A DNA stretch of 63,500 bases, filler included, from 3 parts of 3 records of this genome joined end to end with filler, not necessarily neighbours in it; one strand, 5' to 3'; positions 9,362-19,522 are shown, counted from the first letter of the whole stretch. Notes: generated by a model from the letters alone, not told the origin. Numbers and translations: made by a program.

Positions 9362-10129
9362 ATGAACGAAGAATTGGAATTTAATCAGGTATATAATAAA
9401 ATTCAGGAGTTGCTTAAAAATGGAAAGGCTAATATTTCTGTTCTGGAGGAAGAAGTGGATGTGGATTTACAATTGGAATATTTTAAGCAGTCGAAAAAAT
9501 TATATAAAACAATAGATAAACCTGCTGTAATTCAGGAAAAGGATGAACTTTTTAATGAAGAGACAAGTCTCGATCGAAAGAAGGAATTGTTATCATCACT
9601 TGCAAAAATTGAGGATCCGGAGGCATATAGAGCCATCGAAAATTACAAGGATAATGCAGATGTGGAATTAGAGCAATGGGCGAAGTTGGCTTTTCAGGAA
9701 TCTAAAATGGTGTTAGAGACATCTTTATTAGGAGAAGCGCCAATTTTTATTTCAACAGGTTTGGGTGGTCAAGGTAATAAGCTGAGGTATTTTATTGTTT
9801 TAGTCGCCAATGAAGAGGTGGCTCTTGAATTGTGGCAAAAGGAATTAGTAGAGAAAGAGTTGAATTTTGTTTTCCAAAGTAAGAATGGTCTTATTGAAAA
9901 CATAGATGACACCGATTCCTTTTTAATGATTACAGCTTTGCTGCCCATTGAAGAAAATATAAAGAGTACGCTTAGTCCTGTTGTTAAAGAATGCAACGAG
10001 ATGGGTAATTTTCTTCGTGATTCCTTTATTGTAACCAATGTTAAGAAGCTGGATGTGGAAGAAATTCAAGGTATGATAGATTCCAAAGATTCCATAAATA
10101 ATGAAGATAAATTAGAGGATATAGAATAA
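9362..10129 (+). CDS. Conserved Bacteroidota hypothetical protein (acidic)
   Basis: 255-aa ORF with an ISTGLGG..NKLRYF motif. TACATTTG promoter element at ~9332. Confidence 0.7.
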   Translation: MNEELEFNQVYNKIQELLKNGKANISVLEEEVDVDLQLEYFKQSKKLYKTIDKPAVIQEKDELFNEETSLDRKKELLSSLAKIEDPEAYRAIENYKDNADVELEQWAKLAFQESKMVLETSLLGEAPIFISTGLGGQGNKLRYFIVLVANEEVALELWQKELVEKELNFVFQSKNGLIENIDDTDSFLMITALLPIEENIKSTLSPVVKECNEMGNFLRDSFIVTNVKKLDVEEIQGMIDSKDSINNEDKLEDIE

Positions 10130-10437
10130 TGGAAGATATTTTAAATAACAATACAGTCAATATTGCTGTACAGGTGTTACCGGTAGCAAAAGATAAAGAC
10201 AGTTATGCTTTAGTAGATGAAGCCATCAAAATAATAGAGAATTCCGGAGTTAAGTATGTAGTCACTCCATTTGAAACAGTAATGGAGGGTAAGTACGATC
10301 AACTCATGGAAATTGTTAAGCAGGTGCAAAACGCCTGTTATCTTTCAGGAACAGAAAAACTGATGTGTTACACCAAAATACAATCCGTAAAAAATGTGGA
10401 TGTAACCATTGATGATAAAATAGGAAAGTATAGATAA
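10129..10437 (+). CDS. MTH1187/YkoF-family thiamine-binding protein
   Basis: AVQVLP...VDEAI.II..SGVKY.VTPFETVMEG...TIDDKI.KY. TAATG coupling to the upstream gene. Confidence 0.85.
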   Translation: MEDILNNNTVNIAVQVLPVAKDKDSYALVDEAIKIIENSGVKYVVTPFETVMEGKYDQLMEIVKQVQNACYLSGTEKLMCYTKIQSVKNVDVTIDDKIGKYR

Positions 10438-10439
10438 TA

Positions 10440-10465
10440 AAAAAGGCTACTTATAGTAGCCTTTT
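10440..10465. terminator. Bidirectional terminator
   Basis: AAAAGGCTAC-TTATA-GTAGCCTTTT between convergent genes. Confidence 0.75.
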
Positions 10466-10482
10466 AATATCTTAATTTATCT

Positions 10483-10851
10483 TTACTCTGCAAGATCTTC
10501 GAATTCTACATTTGTGTATTCATTTGCAGAAACAGCTTCGGCCATTTCTTGCATTGGCTCTTCGCTTTCGTAAGGTTGGTTTTGCTTGATAAACTCTACC
10601 GCTTCTTGCAAGCCATCGGCGAATTTTTCAAAATCTTCTTTGTAAAGAAATACTTTGTGTTTTTCAAAATGAAATCTACCGTCTTGTTCAAACTTCTTCT
10701 TACTTTCTGTAATTGTAAGATAATAATCGTTTTTACGAGTAGCTTTTACATCAAAAAAGTAGGTTCTTTTTCCTGCTCTTACCGCTTTTGAAAAGATCTC
10801 TTCTCGATTATCATTCTTTTCAAAACCTTCTTTTTTCTCATATCCTTCCAT
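10483..10851 (-). CDS. PUR-family DNA/RNA-binding protein (DUF3276)
   Basis: IFSKAVRAGKRTYFFDVK...YLTITESKK...KHKVFLYKEDF. Confidence 0.9.
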   Translation of the reverse strand: MEGYEKKEGFEKNDNREEIFSKAVRAGKRTYFFDVKATRKNDYYLTITESKKKFEQDGRFHFEKHKVFLYKEDFEKFADGLQEAVEFIKQNQPYESEEPMQEMAEAVSANEYTNVEFEDLAE

Positions 10852-11233
10852 CGTCAATAATTTGTTGTTTGATAAAAATACGCTGACTTTTGTTTACCAT
10901 CCAAAAATGGGAATTATTTTTTAATTATTCTATAATTTCTTTATAAATTATAGTAAACAATGTGATAAATATAAAGTTTTTGATAAGAAAAAGCGATAAA
11001 TTGGTATCAATAAATAGGTATTCTCTTGCGAAAATTACTTTTCAGACCTTCATATTCTTTAACAATATGAGTTATATTGAACCAATATTACATAAAACAT
11101 TTATAAATAAGCATATTAAATTATATAGAAAATCACTAAAAACTTTCTGTGATTAAAAGTTAGATTTTTGTGGTATGATATGAAAAAAGGTATATTTTTG
11201 CGGCATAAATATTTATTAAAAGTTCTTTGAAGA

Positions 11234-12178
11234 ATGCTTAACAGACGACTACTTCGGGTTAAAGTGATGCAGGTATTATATGCACACTATCAAAATAACG
11301 AAACCTCCATTCAAAATTCTGAGAAAGAGTTGTTTCATAGTATATCTAAATCGCTCGATTTATATTACTTATATATACTCTTGTTATTAGAAGTAAGAGA
11401 CTATGCAATCGGTAGAATTGAGTTTGCTAAAAGTAAAAAGACAGCAACTACCGAAGAGAGAAACCCTAATACCCGTTTTGTAACCAATAAAATCTTATCA
11501 AAATTAGCTGAGAATCCGGATGTAATTGCATTTATGAATAAAAATGGAAACAACTGGGTAAATTATAAAGAGGTTGTTAAAAACTTATATAATGCTATCC
11601 TTGATTCTCCTCAATACAAAGATTACTTAGAAAATAAGACTACCAATTTTGATTTAGACAAGAAGTTCATTATAAAATTATTTGAAAAGGTAATTGCTTA
11701 TTTTGAGCCTATTTATCCTGCATTTGAGGAGCAAAGCATTTATTGGAACGATGAGGTGGAATTTGTGTTGAGTATGATCGTGAAAACGGTTAAAGGCATG
11801 GAAGAAGGCAAACCTGTTGAATTAATGGGTGAGTTTAAAGACGAAGAAGACCGCGATTTTGTAAAAAGACTATTCCGAAAAGCTGCCGTTAACCATAAAG
11901 ATTATATGGAGCTTATCGAAAAGTATTCCAAAAACTGGGATGTGGATCGAGTAGCATTTATGGATATTGTTTTAATGAAGATAGCATTGGCTGAGCTGAT
12001 AGAATTTCAGAATATTCCAATTAAAGTTTCCATGAATGAGTATATCGAAATCGCCAAACATTATTCTACCGAAAAAAGTGGGGTATTTATAAACGGTATT
12101 TTAGATAAAGCCATTGCTGAGTTAACTGAAAAAGGGACAATCAAAAAGGTTGGAAGAGGTTTAGTTGAAGGTAAGTAA
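11234..12178 (+). CDS. nusB: Transcription antitermination factor NusB (Bacteroidota long form)
   Basis: MLNRRLLRVKVMQ, WDVDRVAFMD and IPIKVSMNEYIEIAK.YSTEKSGVFINGILD. Confidence 0.93.
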   Translation: MLNRRLLRVKVMQVLYAHYQNNETSIQNSEKELFHSISKSLDLYYLYILLLLEVRDYAIGRIEFAKSKKTATTEERNPNTRFVTNKILSKLAENPDVIAFMNKNGNNWVNYKEVVKNLYNAILDSPQYKDYLENKTTNFDLDKKFIIKLFEKVIAYFEPIYPAFEEQSIYWNDEVEFVLSMIVKTVKGMEEGKPVELMGEFKDEEDRDFVKRLFRKAAVNHKDYMELIEKYSKNWDVDRVAFMDIVLMKIALAELIEFQNIPIKVSMNEYIEIAKHYSTEKSGVFINGILDKAIAELTEKGTIKKVGRGLVEGK

Positions 12179-12582
12179 TGATGTATAAAAGCCTGCTTAT
12201 AGTACTACTTGTTTTTAGTGTTGCGTGTAAACATGGAGCTAAAAAAGAAACAAAAGCTGAAATTTTACAGAACACTAAAATTTCTTTTAATAAGGAGTTT
12301 CATTCTTTTGGAGATTTAAAACAAGGAGAGATTGTGGGCTGCTATTTTGTGTTTACAAACACAGGAGATTATCCTTTAGTTATTAATGAAGTGAAACCAG
12401 GATGCGGCTGTACTGCTGTTGAGTTTACCAAAGAACCTGTTGCTCCTGGTAAAAAAGGGGAAATAGAAGTGAAGTTTGATACACGCGGATTTAGTGGTAA
12501 GCAGTACAAGGTAATTCAGGTTTATACAAATGTTGAAGAAAAAATAAAAGAGTTGGTAGTTTCGGCCAATGTTGTTAATTAG
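12178..12582 (+). CDS. DUF1573 domain lipoprotein
   Basis: Lipobox SVAC and F.FTNTG..PLVI..V.PGCGCT...PVAPG. Confidence 0.88.
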   Translation: MMYKSLLIVLLVFSVACKHGAKKETKAEILQNTKISFNKEFHSFGDLKQGEIVGCYFVFTNTGDYPLVINEVKPGCGCTAVEFTKEPVAPGKKGEIEVKFDTRGFSGKQYKVIQVYTNVEEKIKELVVSANVVN

Positions 12583-12596
12583 ATAAATTTATTAAA

Positions 12597-12920
12597 ATGA
12601 ACTTACAAAGTATTTTCTTAGAAGGAACTCCTGCTTCCGGAGGCATGGGTGGAGCACAACAATTAATATTTTTTGCATTAATTATTGGTGTATTTTACTT
12701 TTTCATGATTCGTCCTCAAATGAAGCGTCAGAAAGAGTTAAAAAAATATCGTGAAGCTTTAAAGAAAGGTGATAAAGTTATAACTACAGGTGGTATTCAC
12801 GGTAAAGTAACTGAAATTAAAGAAGGTTATGCAAATGTTGAAATAGCTTCAGGAGTTGTGATTAAAATTGATAAGTCTGCCATTATTATGGATATGTCGG
12901 ATGCGCAGGCAAAACGATAG
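12597..12920 (+). CDS. yajC: Preprotein translocase subunit YajC
   Basis: FYFFMIRPQMKRQK...LKKGDKVITTGGIHGKV. Confidence 0.95.
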   Translation: MNLQSIFLEGTPASGGMGGAQQLIFFALIIGVFYFFMIRPQMKRQKELKKYREALKKGDKVITTGGIHGKVTEIKEGYANVEIASGVVIKIDKSAIIMDMSDAQAKR

Positions 12921-12939
12921 ACAATAAATTTTTTTATAT

Positions 12940-12977
12940 AAGGCCAATAACTAAATTTGTGAGTTGTTGGCCTTTTT
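12940..12977 (+). terminator. Terminator-like hairpin after yajC with TAAATTTG in its loop
   Basis: AAGGCCAATAACT...AGTTGTTGGCCTTTTT. Confidence 0.55.
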
Positions 12978-12984
12978 ATTTTAT

Positions 12985-14004
12985 ATGAAGCAGTTAAAAA
13001 GTAACATAGACGATATTGTAGATAAGCTAAAAGATGCATTACTATCTATAAAGCAAAACAGAGATTTATTGGTGTTTTTGCTTTTTTTTGTTTTGGCTAC
13101 CGGTTTGTGGTTCTTAAATGCGCTTCGTAAAGAATATACAACAACCATTACATACCCGGTTGATTACATTAAGTTTCCAAAGGATTTTATTGTTCTTGGA
13201 AAACCCCAAACTAAAGTGCAGTTAAAAATCAAATCTTCAGGATACAGTGTGCTTCCTTATCATTTAGGTAAAGTTTTAAATCCCGAAGAACTAAACGTGT
13301 CTTCTTTTCGAAGAATGGATTTAGGACAGAACTCAGGCGCATATGTTTTAACTGATGATTTAAAAAAATCATTCTCCGACAAACTATCAAACGGCATTGA
13401 GTTAATCGATATATTTCCGGATACCTTGTTTGTTAATTTTGAAAAGAAGGAAAGAAAAAAAGTAGCGGTTAAGTTTAACTCAACTTTGGAATTTCAACCT
13501 CAATATTATCAGTCAGGAGAGGTGATGATAAAACCGGATAGTGTTGAAATTGCAGGCCCTGCTTCAGTTATTGATTCAATTGACTATATCGAAACCTTAT
13601 TTAAGTTCGAAGATCCACTTAGCGATTCCTTAAAAAGAAATGTAAGTCTTAAATCCATAAAAGACATTGAAATTATTCCCAGTCGTGTGGTTATCAATAT
13701 TCCGGTAGAACCATTTACGCAAAAAAACTTATCTATTCCTATCGATCAATTAAATGTTCCGGATTCTTTGCGTTTAAAAAGCTTTCCAGGAAATGTAAAT
13801 GTTTCGTTTACGGTAGCAGTAAGTCAGTTTAATAATATAAATGCGCAAGACTTCTCTGCGATTGTAGATTACAATACTTATAACGAGGGAGGATTACCGG
13901 ATCGTCTAAAAATAAAATTACTGGATTTTCCCAATGGCATTAAATCGGTCAATTACTCGCCATTGTTTGTAGAATGTTTGTTTGAAAAAGTAAGTGATAA
14001 ATGA
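12985..14004 (+). CDS. YbbR/CdaR-like domain protein
   Basis: N-terminal TM (LWFLNAL) and YbbR-like repeats (IKPDSVEIAGP). Usual Bacteroidota position between yajC and coaE. Confidence 0.8.
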   Translation: MKQLKSNIDDIVDKLKDALLSIKQNRDLLVFLLFFVLATGLWFLNALRKEYTTTITYPVDYIKFPKDFIVLGKPQTKVQLKIKSSGYSVLPYHLGKVLNPEELNVSSFRRMDLGQNSGAYVLTDDLKKSFSDKLSNGIELIDIFPDTLFVNFEKKERKKVAVKFNSTLEFQPQYYQSGEVMIKPDSVEIAGPASVIDSIDYIETLFKFEDPLSDSLKRNVSLKSIKDIEIIPSRVVINIPVEPFTQKNLSIPIDQLNVPDSLRLKSFPGNVNVSFTVAVSQFNNINAQDFSAIVDYNTYNEGGLPDRLKIKLLDFPNGIKSVNYSPLFVECLFEKVSDK

Positions 14005-14597
14005 TAAAAGTTGGTCTGACTGGAGGAATTGGTACTGGTAAATCAACGGTAGCCGAAATATTCAAATTACTAGGTGTTCCAGTTTATAATGCGGATTACA
14101 GAGCAAGATTATTAACCAACACGCATACTGAAACTATAAGTTCAGTAAAAGCTTTGTTTGGCAATGATATTTATACAGAGAATGGCCTGGATAGAAAAAA
14201 AGTAGCTTCGTTGGTTTTTAAAGATAAACCTCTGCTTGCTCAATTAAACAATATTATTCATCCCGTAGTTGCCAAAGATTTTGAACAATGGTTAGAAGAA
14301 AATAGGAATAGCCCCTATATTATTAAAGAGGCGGCTATTTTATTCGAGAGTGGTGGAAATAAGCAAGTGGATAAAGTAATTTGTGTGGCTGCTCCTGAAA
14401 GTCTACGAATTATGCGGGTGATGAAAAGAGACGGCGTTTCGAAAGAAGAGGTGCAGAGTAGAATTAACAATCAAATGAAAGAAGAAGATAAACAGAAAAT
14501 GGCTGATTTCTTGATTCATTGTAATGATGAAGATTTGGCTATCCCACAAGTTGTCGCACTTCATCAATCGTTATTTTCTCTCGCTAAAAATGATTAA
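14001..14597 (+). CDS. coaE: Dephospho-CoA kinase
   Basis: VGLTGGIGTGKST, IIHPVV, EAAILFE, RVMKRDG and RINNQM. Confidence 0.95.
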   Translation: MIKVGLTGGIGTGKSTVAEIFKLLGVPVYNADYRARLLTNTHTETISSVKALFGNDIYTENGLDRKKVASLVFKDKPLLAQLNNIIHPVVAKDFEQWLEENRNSPYIIKEAAILFESGGNKQVDKVICVAAPESLRIMRVMKRDGVSKEEVQSRINNQMKEEDKQKMADFLIHCNDEDLAIPQVVALHQSLFSLAKND

Positions 14598-14617
14598 GTA
14601 ATAAAAGAATTAGAAAT

Positions 14618-15355
14618 ATGAGCAAATTTAAAATATCAGGTTCGTCATTACTGGGAGCCGGTTTAGGATGGTGGATACTTGGTCCGGTAGGTGCTATACT
14701 TGGATTTATTGCAGGTTCATTTGCCGAAGGTGTAGCTTCTGAGTTTAGCGAAGGAGAAAGACCCGGTGGTGATCCTCGGGATGGTTTTGTGGTTTCTCTT
14801 TTGGTGCTTATTGCTGCCGTAATGAAAGCCGATGGCAAAGTAGTGAAATCTGAGCTTGACTTTGTTAAAACCTATCTGTTAAGAGCTTTTGGCGAAAACA
14901 AAGCCTCAAAAGCACTCATAATGCTTAGGGATATTTTAAACAAAGAAATTCCTTTGCAACAGGTTTGTCATCAAATTAGTCAGCATGTGGATTATAATTC
15001 TAAAGTTCAGTTGATTCATATGCTCTTTGGTGTGGCTAATGCCGATGGTCATATTCCTGAAAGTGAGCAGCGAATTTTAAGGCAGATAGCCAATGGTATT
15101 GGCGTGATGCAGCCCGACTTTGATTCGGTATTAAATATGTATGTTAAAAATACCGATTCTGCATATAAAATATTAGAAATTGAGCCAACAGCTACTGTAG
15201 AGGAAATTAAAAAAGCCTACCGTAAAATGGCTGTTAAATTTCATCCCGATAAGGTTGCACACCTGGGAGAAGAATTTCAGACTTCGGCTAAAGAAAAATT
15301 TCAAAAAGTCAATGAGGCTTTCGAAACTTTAAAAAAGGAAAGAGGCTTTAATTAG
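14618..15355 (+). CDS. DjlA-like co-chaperone (TerB domain plus J-domain)
   Basis: TM, then MKADGKV..SEL (TerB), then C-terminal J-domain IKKAYRKMAVKFHPDK. Confidence 0.88.
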   Translation: MSKFKISGSSLLGAGLGWWILGPVGAILGFIAGSFAEGVASEFSEGERPGGDPRDGFVVSLLVLIAAVMKADGKVVKSELDFVKTYLLRAFGENKASKALIMLRDILNKEIPLQQVCHQISQHVDYNSKVQLIHMLFGVANADGHIPESEQRILRQIANGIGVMQPDFDSVLNMYVKNTDSAYKILEIEPTATVEEIKKAYRKMAVKFHPDKVAHLGEEFQTSAKEKFQKVNEAFETLKKERGFN

Positions 15356-15460
15356 TACATCTTTTTTATTTGATGTTAGTACTATTCTGCTATTTTTGCA
15401 CAGGATTTTAAATTTCCATTAAATAAAGGATTAAGGGGTTATAACGGAAAAAAGAATAGT

Positions 15461-15898
15461 ATGAGTGAAATGTTAAAAGGAATATTAGCTGTATCAGGTC
15501 AAAGTGGACTTTTTAAAATGATTTCGCAGGCAAAAAGCAGCATTATTGTTGAATCATTGGTTGATGGTAAAAGAATGCCTGCTTATGCGACTTCAAGAAT
15601 CAGTGCGTTAGAAGATATCTCCATTTTTACGGAGGATGGCGATGTTAAATTAGCCGATGTTTTCAAAAATATATTCGACAAAGAAGATGGAGGAGAAGCC
15701 ATCAGTCACAAATCTTCTGCCAACGAATTAAAAGATTATTTTGCAGATGTATTGCCTGATTACGATAAAGACAGAGTATATGTGTCTGATATTAAAAAGG
15801 TGTTACAATGGTATAATCTATTATTAAAGAGCGAGGTTTTAAATTTCGACGAAGCTGAAGATGTTAGCGCAGAAAACGAGGAAACAGAAAAAGAATAG
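15461..15898 (+). CDS. DUF5606 family protein
   Basis: ILAVSGQSGLFK...IVESL...ISALEDISIFT...PDYDKDRVYVSDIKKVLQWYN. Confidence 0.85.
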   Translation: MSEMLKGILAVSGQSGLFKMISQAKSSIIVESLVDGKRMPAYATSRISALEDISIFTEDGDVKLADVFKNIFDKEDGGEAISHKSSANELKDYFADVLPDYDKDRVYVSDIKKVLQWYNLLLKSEVLNFDEAEDVSAENEETEKE

Positions 15899-15924
15899 AA
15901 GAATAATAATACGAAGATATGATC

Positions 15925-15955
15925 AGGGTGAAGTTTTTAATTTCACCCTTTTTTT
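15925..15955 (+). terminator. Rho-independent terminator
   Basis: AGGGTGAA...TTCACCCT followed by a T run. Confidence 0.7.
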
Positions 15956-15987
15956 GTGCCTTGTTGAAACAAGTATAGAGTAATTTT

Positions 15988-16280
15988 TCAAAAACACTCA
16001 TTTAGTAGAATAAAACAATGAGCTTGTAGGACAAAAAAGTGATTTTGTAGGCCTAAGTATTCATTTTGTAATTTCAACTATTGACTTTGTAAGCTGAACT
16101 ATTCGTTTTGTAAAAGCAAAGAATGACTTCGTAATTTAAACTATTAAGTTTGTAAGACTGAGGAATGAGTTTGTAACTTAAAAGAATGACTTTGTAGGCT
16201 CAGATATTCATTTTTTAGGCAGAAACAATGACATTATAGGTTAAAATTTCATTTTGTAAGTTGAAGTAATGGTTTTGTAG
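15988..16280. repeat. Degenerate 21-bp tandem array, 14 units, consensus nnnnAAnnAWTSAnTTTGTAR
   Basis: Units end in TAR at 16008, 16029, 16050, 16071, 16092, 16113, 16134, 16155, 16176, 16197, 16218, 16239, 16259 (a 20-bp unit) and 16280. Confidence 0.9.
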
Positions 16281-16293
16281 GTCACTTAAATAA

Positions 16294-17631
16294 TTATGCT
16301 TTTTTGACGACTCCTTTTCCCTTCCATTTACCACTTAGGTAGTAAATAAGAGATCCGACCATACCGGCAGTCCATCCAGCAGGAATTGCCCACCAGATAC
16401 CTTCTTCTCCCATCATTTTAGAAAAAAGAACAGCTAAAGGAATTCGGATAATCCACAAAGACATGAGCGTAATAAACATAGGAATAAGCGTGGCGCCTGC
16501 ACCTCTTAATACACCATGGATAATAAACATGGTTGAAAAGACGAGGTAAAATGAGCTGACAATAACAAGGTAGCTTGATCCATGCTCTATCACATCCTCA
16601 CTTCCGGAGAAAAGCCCCATTAATTCATGACTAAATAAATAGGCAGAAACCATGACAATAAAACTGATGCTCCACGCCATTAAAAGTGTAGCTCTAAAAC
16701 CCTTTTTAATCCTTTCTAATTTATTAGCTCCCAGGTTTTGTCCAACAAAAGCAGATAGGGCAGATGCCAGGTTGAGGGCAGGCAATGCAGCCAACGAATC
16801 TATTTGTCCGGCAGCGGTATAGGCGGCCAATACTGATGAATCAAAGTTATTTACAATGCGGATTAATGCCATTAAACCTAATGCAACAAAGGTTTGCTGA
16901 AAACCGGTTGGTAATCCAATGCGAAGACTTTGTTTAAAAAGTTCCCAATCAAAAACCCAATGTTTCAGTTTAAAGGAGATAATATGTTTTTGCTTTTCTA
17001 AATAATAGATGGCTCTTCCGAATGCTACAAATTGAGATAGTACAGTGGCAAATGCCGCAGCCCTGATTCCCCAACCAAATACCACAACAAATAAAATATC
17101 CAGTACAATATTTAGTATGGTAGCAAATATTAAAAAGCGCAGAGGAGTTCTGGAATCCCCAAGACCTCGTAGAATTGAGGAAGTTCCATTAAAGCCAAAA
17201 AAGGCGATCATACCCGTCATGTAAATGGTAAAATACTCAACAGATTGGGGTAATACATCCTCACCTACGTTAAGTAATTCAAATATTTCGCGACTAAAAT
17301 AAATGCCAATAAACATGATGACCAGGCTGGCAAAAAACATAAAGGTAAAGATGGTAGTGATGGTTCTTCTTACCTTTTCGGTTTCTTTGGCTCCAAAATA
17401 TTGCGAAATAACAATGGTTGCTCCGCTTCCTATTCCAATCATAAATGAAATAAGCATATAAAAAATAGGGAAAGAAGCACCCACTGCAGCCAATGCCGAA
17501 TCATCGATAAATCGACCCACGATAATTCTGTCAACAACACTATAAAGCTGTTGAAACAAATTACCAAGTACCATGGGTACGGCAAAATTAAAAATTAGCT
17601 TAGCTTCATTTCCTACTGTAAGGTCTTTCAT
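16294..17631 (-). CDS. MATE family efflux transporter
   Basis: MKDLTVG, PMVLGNLFQQLYSVVD, LRGLGDSRTPL, GQNLGA and about 12 TM segments. Confidence 0.93.
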   Translation of the reverse strand: MKDLTVGNEAKLIFNFAVPMVLGNLFQQLYSVVDRIIVGRFIDDSALAAVGASFPIFYMLISFMIGIGSGATIVISQYFGAKETEKVRRTITTIFTFMFFASLVIMFIGIYFSREIFELLNVGEDVLPQSVEYFTIYMTGMIAFFGFNGTSSILRGLGDSRTPLRFLIFATILNIVLDILFVVVFGWGIRAAAFATVLSQFVAFGRAIYYLEKQKHIISFKLKHWVFDWELFKQSLRIGLPTGFQQTFVALGLMALIRIVNNFDSSVLAAYTAAGQIDSLAALPALNLASALSAFVGQNLGANKLERIKKGFRATLLMAWSISFIVMVSAYLFSHELMGLFSGSEDVIEHGSSYLVIVSSFYLVFSTMFIIHGVLRGAGATLIPMFITLMSLWIIRIPLAVLFSKMMGEEGIWWAIPAGWTAGMVGSLIYYLSGKWKGKGVVKKA

Positions 17632-17776
17632 TCAAAAAGGAGCATCAAATAAAACGTACTACTTCAAAAGCTGTAGTAGATTAAATTGTTCAATAAAAAA
17701 ATGGAAGCTACAAAGCAACGTAATTATTTAAGATAAACCAAGAAATCGGCCGGAGGCTTGTGTTAAGATAACTTAA

Positions 17777-18142
17777 CTAGTTAAAGGTGATGAAATAATT
17801 GGCAAAGAAATTCCAGCCGGTTGTGAAAAGTATGGCTAAGAACTTGGCCACATAAAAGTTCATTTTTTTCTCTAGTAAGGATAAAATCAGGTTGTTAATA
17901 GCTAATCCGATTAACGAGATAATAAAAAAGCTGCTGTATTCGGTTAGTACATCGGTATTTTTACTTTGAAAGGTAAACCATCTGTTTAAAAAATAATTGG
18001 AGCTTGCTGCCAATATAAAACCGGTGGAGTTGGCTATAAACCGATTTACTTTTAGTTTTTCTTTTAAAAGAAAGGTAGCTGCAAAATCGATAATTAAACC
18101 GGAAAAGCCAACAATAACAAACTTAAGTAGTTTTAATATCAT
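17777..18142 (-). CDS. GtrA family protein
   Basis: KFVIVG...NYFLNRWFTF...WNFFANYFITF. Confidence 0.9.
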   Translation of the reverse strand: MILKLLKFVIVGFSGLIIDFAATFLLKEKLKVNRFIANSTGFILAASSNYFLNRWFTFQSKNTDVLTEYSSFFIISLIGLAINNLILSLLEKKMNFYVAKFLAILFTTGWNFFANYFITFN

Positions 18143-18164
18143 CTTTACAAGTAAGATAAAAATG

Positions 18165-18194
18165 AAAACGCTCCCTTTAATTAGGAAGCGTTTT
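18165..18194 (-). terminator. Terminator after the NCS2 gene
   Basis: AAAACGCT.CCT...AGGAAGCGTTTT inverted repeat. Confidence 0.55.
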
Positions 18195-18205
18195 GAATGA
18201 TAAAT

Positions 18206-19510
18206 TTAATCTATAAAGAATTTAAAAATAAATAATACAGCCAGTAGTAAGCTCACTATATTTATTTGCTTGAATTTTCCTGTTAATATTTTTAAGGCTA
18301 CATAAGCCAACATACCAAATACAATTCCTTCTGCAATTGAAAAAGTAAAAGGCATCATTACAATAGTTAGAAAAGCAGGAATAGCCTCTGTAAAATCAGA
18401 TAAATCAATTTTAGAAATAGGTGTAAACATCATCACACCCACTAATATTAACGTAGGAGCGGTTGCCGCTGAAGGTATCATTAAAAACAGAGGCGATAAG
18501 AACAAAGCCAGTAAAAATAAAACACCGGTTGTTGCAGCCGTTAGACCTGTTCTTCCTCCTTCACCAACACCGGCAGCACTTTCCACATAAGTAGTAACTG
18601 TAGAAGTTCCTAATAAAGCACCTAAAGTTGTTCCAATAGAGTCGGCAAAAAGAGCTTGTTTAACACGAGGTATTTTACCATCCTTATCCAACATATTCGC
18701 CTTTGACGACACACCAATTAAAGTTCCTACTGTATCAAATAAATCTACAAACAAGAATGTTAGTAATACCAGAGCCATATCTATGGTAAATATTTGGTTC
18801 CATTCAAATTTTGCAAAAATAGGCGATAAGGAAGGAGGAGTCAATTCAAATGATTGTGGTAAATGAGTTAATCCAAAGGGAATGCCTAATACCGTTCCTA
18901 TAAAAATACCAATTAATAAAGCGCCTTTTACTTTGCGGGCTAATAATGCTCCTGTTATCAATAGGGTAATTAAAGCCACCATTGGTGCTGCATTGTTTTG
19001 TATATCGATTACTTTACCAAGTCCAACAAGGGTAGCATCGTTACCTATAACTACACCTGCATTTTTAAAACCAATAAGAGCAATAAACAAACCGATTCCT
19101 ACAGAGATGGCGTGTTTAATGTTAATCGGAATAGCCTTAATAATGAGCTCTCGAATATTAAAGGCAGTCATTAAAATAAAAATGATTCCTTCCAGAAAAA
19201 CGGCCGTTAATGCAAACTGCCACGAGTGGCCCATGTTTAAACAAACAGTATAGGCAAAAAATGCATTTAAACCCATTCCAGGTGCCAGTGCAAAAGGTAA
19301 TTTGGCTACAATAGCCATGACTAAAGTTGCCATAGCTGCAGATAGCGCAGTAGCTGTAAAAACAGCACCTTGATCCATTCCTGCCTTTGCTAATATATCC
19401 GGGTTTACAGCCAAAATATAGGCCATGGTCATAAATGTGGTTATACCTGCAATAACCTCAGTACGGATATTTGTATTGTTCTTTTTAAGATTGAAGAATT
19501 TCTCTAACAT
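18206..19510 (-). CDS. NCS2/AzgA-type purine permease (PbuG-like)
   Basis: TEVIAGITTFMTMAYILAVNP, APGMGLNAFF and TTYVESAAGVGEGGRTGLT. Confidence 0.93.
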   Translation of the reverse strand: MLEKFFNLKKNNTNIRTEVIAGITTFMTMAYILAVNPDILAKAGMDQGAVFTATALSAAMATLVMAIVAKLPFALAPGMGLNAFFAYTVCLNMGHSWQFALTAVFLEGIIFILMTAFNIRELIIKAIPINIKHAISVGIGLFIALIGFKNAGVVIGNDATLVGLGKVIDIQNNAAPMVALITLLITGALLARKVKGALLIGIFIGTVLGIPFGLTHLPQSFELTPPSLSPIFAKFEWNQIFTIDMALVLLTFLFVDLFDTVGTLIGVSSKANMLDKDGKIPRVKQALFADSIGTTLGALLGTSTVTTYVESAAGVGEGGRTGLTAATTGVLFLLALFLSPLFLMIPSAATAPTLILVGVMMFTPISKIDLSDFTEAIPAFLTIVMMPFTFSIAEGIVFGMLAYVALKILTGKFKQINIVSLLLAVLFIFKFFID

Positions 19511-19522
19511 ATGCTTAGTTTT

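Noticed and set aside
10962-11156. 64-aa ORF between pur and nusB
   Set aside because: AT-rich divergent promoter region with no recognisable protein features.
15988-16280. CRISPR array or intact coiled-coil gene
   Set aside because: No identical repeats with unique spacers, no cas genes, and stops in all six frames.
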